Positions 52,323 to 57,471 of a stretch of 57,471 nucleotides of DNA are shown here, in pieces. Each line of letters begins with the position of its first letter. Within the stretch, counting starts at the first letter, position 1. A program made the translations under genes and the position numbers. The notes below the pieces were generated by a model. That model was not told where the DNA came from, made no database searches, and saw only the letters and a list, made by a program, of their open reading frames with translations. This DNA comes from Candidatus Moraniibacteriota bacterium (GTDB lineage Bacteria; Patescibacteriota; Minisyncoccia; CAIUEV01; JAHKAQ01): NCBI GenBank assembly GCA_014729795.1, contig WJJI01000021.1:1-57471 (forward strand), written 5' to 3'.

Positions 52323-52784
52323 ATGATTAAGTGTACATTTAGCAATGGCAATCGGACCGATAGTTTAAGGCACGTGGTTATGGATGCAGTTGTGGAAAAA
52401 AATAAGCGGATATTGTTAATAGAAAGAGCGGATTTTTTGGAGACCGAACCAGGGAAATTAGCTTTGCCTGGCGGGTATTTGGAAAAAAATGAAACCACAA
52501 AACAGGGAATTTTGCGGGAATTGCAAGAAGAAACCGGTTTAACCGGTAAGGTGATCCGACTTTATAAAATTTTGGATAAACCAGATCGAACCGGAGACTT
52601 AGGAAGACAAAATGTTAGTTTTGTGTATTTAATTAAACCGTTTAAAAAAGTGGCGGAACCTGATCAAGAGAGCAAGAAAGCGTATTGGTTAACGTATGCT
52701 GAAATAAATCGGAAAAAGCATTTGATTGGCTTTGATCATTATAAAAGAATTTTAAAGCCATATATTCAAGAGCGGGTCAATTAA
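52323..52784 (+). CDS. NUDIX hydrolase
   Basis: Nudix box LPGGYLEKNETTKQGILRELQEETGL (G-x5-E-x7-REUxEExGU). Confidence 0.8.
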   Translation: MIKCTFSNGNRTDSLRHVVMDAVVEKNKRILLIERADFLETEPGKLALPGGYLEKNETTKQGILRELQEETGLTGKVIRLYKILDKPDRTGDLGRQNVSFVYLIKPFKKVAEPDQESKKAYWLTYAEINRKKHLIGFDHYKRILKPYIQERVN

Positions 52785-52815
52785 TCTAGATTTATAAATA
52801 TTGGATTAATGAATA

Positions 52816-53991
52816 ATGCCGATTAAAAAAGTCATAAGCACAGAAAAAATCCCAATTAAGTTATGGATGGATAACATTGAGCCGGGAGCCTTAGAGCAAG
52901 CTAAAAATTTAGCAAATTTACCGTTTGCTTTTCATCATGTTGCGATTATGCCGGATTGTCATCAGGGTTATGGGATGCCAATTGGCGGGGTGTTGGCGGG
53001 AAAAAATGCGGTAGCTCCCAACGCGGTCGGGGTTGATATTGGTTGTGGCATGGGAGCCTTACCAACCGGAATTAAACAATTGGATACAGATAAATTAAAA
53101 AAAATTCTAGGCTTGATTAGACGGGAGATACCGCTTGGGTTTAAGCATCATAAAGTTCAGCAGCCCAAAAAAAGTATTCCGGAAATTAAACCCGGCATGA
53201 CCATAGTTAAAAATGAAGCAAAGAATATTTTAAAACAGATTGGCACATTGGGCGGCGGCAATCATTTTATTAATATTATGAAAGCCGGCGATGGGGAGAT
53301 TTGGATAATGCTGCATTCCGGTAGTCGCAATCTAGGTAAAAGAGTAGCGGATTTTTACAATCAGTTAGCTAAAAAAGAGAATCGCAAACAGAAAAGCCGA
53401 GTGCCCGAGAAGTGGGATTTGGCGTATTTAACCGCAGAATCGAAAATCGGACAACGATACCTTAAAGAAATGCGCTATTGCGTTGATTTTGCCCGGGCTA
53501 ATCGTCAACAAATGCTGAAAAAAATCAAAGATATTTTTAAAATTGTTACGAGCCATGATTTGGATTTAAAGGGTTTAATCAATATCGCGCATAATTACGC
53601 GGCGCTAGAAGAGCATTTTAATGAGAAGGTCTGGGTTCATCGCAAGGGAGTCACTCAGGCTTATAAGGGACAAATTGGCATAATTCCAGGCTGCCAGGGA
53701 AGTAAAAGTTATATTGTGAAAGGCAAAGGTAATGAGCAGAGTTTTAAATCTTGTTCGCATGGAGCGGGTAGAAAAATGGGTAGACGGCAAGCCATAAGAG
53801 AGTTAGACTTGGAGCAAGAGCAGACCAAGCTGGAGAATAAAGGAATTTTGCATAGTATTCGAGGTAAAAGAGACCTGGACGAAGCGCCAGGCGCTTATAA
53901 GGATATTGAACATGTAATGCAGGCGCAAACGGATTTAGTGGCAATACAAGTTGAATTGGAGCCCTTGGCCATAGTAGCGGCCGGGGGGTGA
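52816..53991 (+). CDS. rtcB: RNA 3'-phosphate ligase RtcB
   Basis: PDCHQGYGMPIGGV, GCGM, GGGNHF, HSGSRNLG, AHNYA, HRKG and CSHGAGR are all conserved RtcB metal and GMP-His motifs. Confidence 0.9.
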   Translation: MPIKKVISTEKIPIKLWMDNIEPGALEQAKNLANLPFAFHHVAIMPDCHQGYGMPIGGVLAGKNAVAPNAVGVDIGCGMGALPTGIKQLDTDKLKKILGLIRREIPLGFKHHKVQQPKKSIPEIKPGMTIVKNEAKNILKQIGTLGGGNHFINIMKAGDGEIWIMLHSGSRNLGKRVADFYNQLAKKENRKQKSRVPEKWDLAYLTAESKIGQRYLKEMRYCVDFARANRQQMLKKIKDIFKIVTSHDLDLKGLINIAHNYAALEEHFNEKVWVHRKGVTQAYKGQIGIIPGCQGSKSYIVKGKGNEQSFKSCSHGAGRKMGRRQAIRELDLEQEQTKLENKGILHSIRGKRDLDEAPGAYKDIEHVMQAQTDLVAIQVELEPLAIVAAGG

Positions 53992-54138
53992 TAAGTTTGT
54001 AAGAGCATTTAATGAAGAAGAGGAGAGGCGGAATTAGAGATCAAGATTGGTTTAATGCTTTTAGCAAGCTAGAATTATCATGCCTAAAAAAGCTTAGATA
54101 TTTGTTTTTTCTAAATTTTTAACGCGAAACCTTTGAGG

Positions 54139-54849
54139 TTAGTTGGGGAGGGTTTTATTTTGGAGTTCTAAAAATTCTTTAAATTTTTTAGTAATGATTT
54201 TAATTTTCGTTGATATGGTGCTTGGTTGTAAATGCATTTTTTCTGCTATTTCGTTTTGTTGAAGACCTTGAATGAGATATTCGATAATTTCGCGCTCTTG
54301 ATTATTAGTTAGTGATTGATAAAATTTACCCAATAGATCTTTTGCCTCAAATGCCTCAAAAGTTTTTGCTGGATCAGGGGTGACCATATCGTCAAGTATA
54401 CGATGTTCGCTTTGTCTTTTTTTCCTTTCTTGTGCTCTTATATAATTAGAAAAATGATTACTAGCGATTGTATGAAGCCAAGTAGTAAGTTTGGATTTTT
54501 GTTTAAAATTTGAAATATTAAGCATAGCTTTTTTCATGATTTCTTGAGCAAGATCTTCTGCATCCCATCGTTTTTTGCTATTTTCTGGGGGGAAATTTAG
54601 TTTTCGTAATATTATATTATATACATAGGGAAAATACTGTTTATAAAATTGTTCTTGAGCTTCTTGTTTTATTATATAGTACTCGCTTTGAAGGTGCTTG
54701 ATTAACTCACATTCAAAATTTGTAGTTCTTTGTTTGTCTTGTCTTTTTTTCCTTTTCTCTCCTCCTTTCCCTTCCCCTTTCGTTTGGTGGGGAGAAGTTT
54801 CACTATCGGGTGGGTTTGGTTCAGGAGTTTGAAAATCTTCTTTAAACAT
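54139..54849 (-). CDS. Sigma-70 family (ECF-like) RNA polymerase sigma factor with a basic/acidic N-terminal extension
   Basis: Region 2: DAEDLAQEIMKKAMLNISNFKQKSKLTTWLHTIASNHFSNYIR. Region 4 helix-turn-helix: QQNEIAEKMHLQPSTISTKI. Confidence 0.75.
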   Translation of the reverse strand: MFKEDFQTPEPNPPDSETSPHQTKGEGKGGEKRKKRQDKQRTTNFECELIKHLQSEYYIIKQEAQEQFYKQYFPYVYNIILRKLNFPPENSKKRWDAEDLAQEIMKKAMLNISNFKQKSKLTTWLHTIASNHFSNYIRAQERKKRQSEHRILDDMVTPDPAKTFEAFEAKDLLGKFYQSLTNNQEREIIEYLIQGLQQNEIAEKMHLQPSTISTKIKIITKKFKEFLELQNKTLPN

Positions 54850-54980
54850 AGTGTAATATATTTATGATTTATGAGTTCGGTGAATTTGTGAGATCATTTG
54901 AATTTTTTAACTGCTAGTGTTCATCGCACTGTAAAAAATTTTCACAAATTTTTTTAGGCGCGCAAGTTCAATAAAAATGA

Positions 54981-55904
54981 TTAATGCATATTGTTTAAAT
55001 ACCAATGAACGGTTTTTTTTACGCCTTGTTCAATGGTATGTTTTGGCGAATATCCCAGTTTTCTTTTTGCTTTGTCAATATTGGCAATGTATCTAACAAC
55101 TTCACCGGTTCTATTTTTTTTAATTCTAATTTTGCTTTTAGAATTTAATTCTTTACGAATAATATTTGCAACCTTTAAAATCGAATTACCTTTGCCAAAG
55201 GCTAAATTATATATATCATTCTTTGCTTTATTAAAATTATTAATACACTTGATTATTCCAGAGACACAGTCATGAATATAAGTAAAATCAAGCACTTTGC
55301 CCTTACCAAAAATATTAAGATCTTTATTTTTTATGCATTGATTAATGAATAAAGGCATTACCCTGTCGCTATCATCATAGCATCCAAAAACATTTGATAA
55401 CCGAACAATAATATAGTTAAGATTAAAACATTGAGCATAGGAATGGACAAGAGCCTCGCCTCCAATTTTTGAGGCGGTGTATGGACTCTCACAAAGATCT
55501 AAATGAACCTCTTTTTCTTTATGGGTAATTATTCTTGAGTTACCATAAACTTCTCTGGATGAAGAAAAAATAAATCTTTTAATGTTATTAAGCCTTACAT
55601 ATTCTAAAATATTAAATATTATTTCCAAGTTATCTCTTGCCAAGCTTGGATCTTTAACTAAATTGTAAACCCTAGCATTTGCAGCAAGGTGGATTACTAA
55701 ATCAATTTTTTTTGGTAACTTTTTTAAAACATGTTTTTTATTTTTTAAATCAAGTCTAATTGTTTTTTTATTTAGATCTATATTCCATTTGTTTTTTTCT
55801 TTATCAACCCCAATAACATTATATTTTTTTCTTAGCAGTTCTTCCATTAAATAAGTGCCAATCATGCCGCTACTTCCGGTAATGATAATATGTTTTATTC
55901 TCAT
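54981..55904 (-). CDS. NAD-dependent epimerase/dehydratase (extended SDR)
   Basis: IIITGSSGMIGTYL Rossmann motif and catalytic YTASKIGGE (Y-x3-K). Confidence 0.8.
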   Translation of the reverse strand: MRIKHIIITGSSGMIGTYLMEELLRKKYNVIGVDKEKNKWNIDLNKKTIRLDLKNKKHVLKKLPKKIDLVIHLAANARVYNLVKDPSLARDNLEIIFNILEYVRLNNIKRFIFSSSREVYGNSRIITHKEKEVHLDLCESPYTASKIGGEALVHSYAQCFNLNYIIVRLSNVFGCYDDSDRVMPLFINQCIKNKDLNIFGKGKVLDFTYIHDCVSGIIKCINNFNKAKNDIYNLAFGKGNSILKVANIIRKELNSKSKIRIKKNRTGEVVRYIANIDKAKRKLGYSPKHTIEQGVKKTVHWYLNNMH

Positions 55905-55935
55905 TTGTTAGGCATTATTAATCTATATTATTTAA

Positions 55936-57363
55936 TTAACCATCAATATTACCTTTTTCATAATATTCTTTTTCATTGCCAATTTCATCAAAATCTATTT
56001 TTTTATTTTCAATTATACCCTTAGCAGCCAATAACCCCATTTTAATGCTATGATCTTGATTTGTGTATCTAAATCTTCCAGGCCTTCCGATGTAAGATAA
56101 ATTGTCAAATCTATCCAAGTATTTTTTAATATACTTTAAATTTTTTTTATAGCTGATATCATAAATCGGGTAAACTTTATCAAAGCTTAATTTATAATAA
56201 TCTAAAACATCTTTTTTGTTAACTAACTTTAGATCCTCAAGGTGTTTTATTGTTTTTTTAAATAATATGTCTTTATCCATATTCCATATTTTATCGCCTT
56301 TATCTACAAAAAATTCAATAAATAAGGAAGTTTTTCCTTTTGGAGACATAGACTTACTAAAATTCTTCATTTCCGAAATTCTTGCAAAAGGAATTTTTTT
56401 ATCAGGAATATAGATCCAGTTATCTTTGGTTATTTGGTCCTTGTTAATCATTAAAAATAGATAAACCTGAGCTCTCCATTTTAATTTTTTTACTTTTTGT
56501 AAGACTTTTTTAGGCGGCAAAGGATCAAGAATTTTTAAAAAATCATTTATTGGCATTGAGCTTATAAGATTCAAGACCTTTACCCTTTTTTTCCTTCCCT
56601 TAACATTTAAAATAATTTTATTAATTTTGTTATCTTCATGAATAATTTTAATAGGAAAACTATTGGTGCTTATCCGGCTTCCAGCACTTGAAACAATTTG
56701 AAGCATCTTGCTATATATTTGCCCGGTTCCATGTTTTGGATAGAAAAAGTGATCGATTAATGTTTTGGGGTTATTGTTTGTTAGTTTAAAGGATTGTTTA
56801 AGAAGAGTTAATAAATTCAAACCTTTTATTCTCTGATTTGCCCAATCAAAATGTAATTTTTTGCAGGGAATCCCCCAAATTTTTTCTGTGTAATTTAACA
56901 TGTTAAAATCACCAAGCTTTTTTCCAAAATTAGCGATAATGTAATCTTCAAAATTTTTAATTTTTTTTCCGAGGATTTTATATTCTAATTGAGCGTTTAG
57001 GTAAGATAAAATAAAAATTATTGATTTATAAAAACCAATGTTTAAAAAAGCATTTATTGGTTTTATGGGGTATTTATAAAATTTCCCTTGTATTAATTGC
57101 CTAGTGTACCTATTTACCAGTATTTTATCATTTTTTATAATATTTTTTATAAGATTTGTAATACGATTATCTCTTGAAAAGAACCTATGTGGTCCTATGT
57201 CAGTTCTGTATAAATCATTATTCCGTATAAATTTTAAAGTTTTAGAAAATCCACCCACTTCTTTTTGTTTTTCAATAATCATTAGTTTTTTTTGACTCTT
57301 GGTTAACATAAAAGCAGTTGCGATTCCGGCGGGGCCTGCTCCGATGATTATAATCTTTTTCAT
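55936..57363 (-). CDS. FAD/NAD(P)-binding oxidoreductase (amine-oxidase / UDP-galactopyranose-mutase-like)
   Basis: KKIIIIGAGPAGIATAF dinucleotide-binding motif followed by ...EKQKEVGG. 475 aa. Confidence 0.65.
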   Translation of the reverse strand: MKKIIIIGAGPAGIATAFMLTKSQKKLMIIEKQKEVGGFSKTLKFIRNNDLYRTDIGPHRFFSRDNRITNLIKNIIKNDKILVNRYTRQLIQGKFYKYPIKPINAFLNIGFYKSIIFILSYLNAQLEYKILGKKIKNFEDYIIANFGKKLGDFNMLNYTEKIWGIPCKKLHFDWANQRIKGLNLLTLLKQSFKLTNNNPKTLIDHFFYPKHGTGQIYSKMLQIVSSAGSRISTNSFPIKIIHEDNKINKIILNVKGRKKRVKVLNLISSMPINDFLKILDPLPPKKVLQKVKKLKWRAQVYLFLMINKDQITKDNWIYIPDKKIPFARISEMKNFSKSMSPKGKTSLFIEFFVDKGDKIWNMDKDILFKKTIKHLEDLKLVNKKDVLDYYKLSFDKVYPIYDISYKKNLKYIKKYLDRFDNLSYIGRPGRFRYTNQDHSIKMGLLAAKGIIENKKIDFDEIGNEKEYYEKGNIDG

Positions 57364-57471
57364 TTATTGGTAGAATTTGTTTAATTATCTTTAATAAGGT
57401 CGTGTTTGCAAAAATGATTAAATCTAAAAAGATAATCGAATTAATTATTGTTTTATCTTTATTGTTTTTAA

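Overview
AT-rich bacterial chromosomal window with dense coding on both strands. All long ORFs read cleanly under the standard code. The content suggests a reduced-genome, CPR/Patescibacteria-like organism (inference): scattered housekeeping genes (rplU, recR, rpsP, gatB, gltX, groEL, dnaX, secY, rtcB, malic enzyme), many membrane or secreted proteins of unknown function, and a stand-alone 23S rRNA gene with AT-rich expansion segments and no adjacent 16S, 5S or tRNA. Two tRNAs are present, Met(CAU) on the minus strand and Gln(UUG) on the plus strand, and a perfect CIRCE operator precedes a groEL that has no groES. The most unusual locus is 1423-8853: a radical SAM gene, then a 1730-aa thioester-containing alpha-2-macroglobulin (A2M) carrying a 129-aa Hint/mini-intein-like domain exactly where the bait region should be, then a Memo-like gene that overlaps the A2M stop by 17 nt. 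The second notable signal is a family of roughly 85-125 nt inverted-repeat elements (arms like CTTACGCGCTTGGTAAATT / AAATTTCTCTAAGCGTGTAAG). Full, degenerate and solo-arm copies occupy many intergenic regions, including both flanks of the 23S gene. Other items are a frameshifted O-antigen-ligase pseudogene, a GH13 sugar phosphorylase plus glycosyltransferase pair, ribosomal protein S16 with a long K/E-rich tail, and a lower-GC glycan-modification block at the right edge. No CRISPR array, transposase, integrase or prophage genes were seen.
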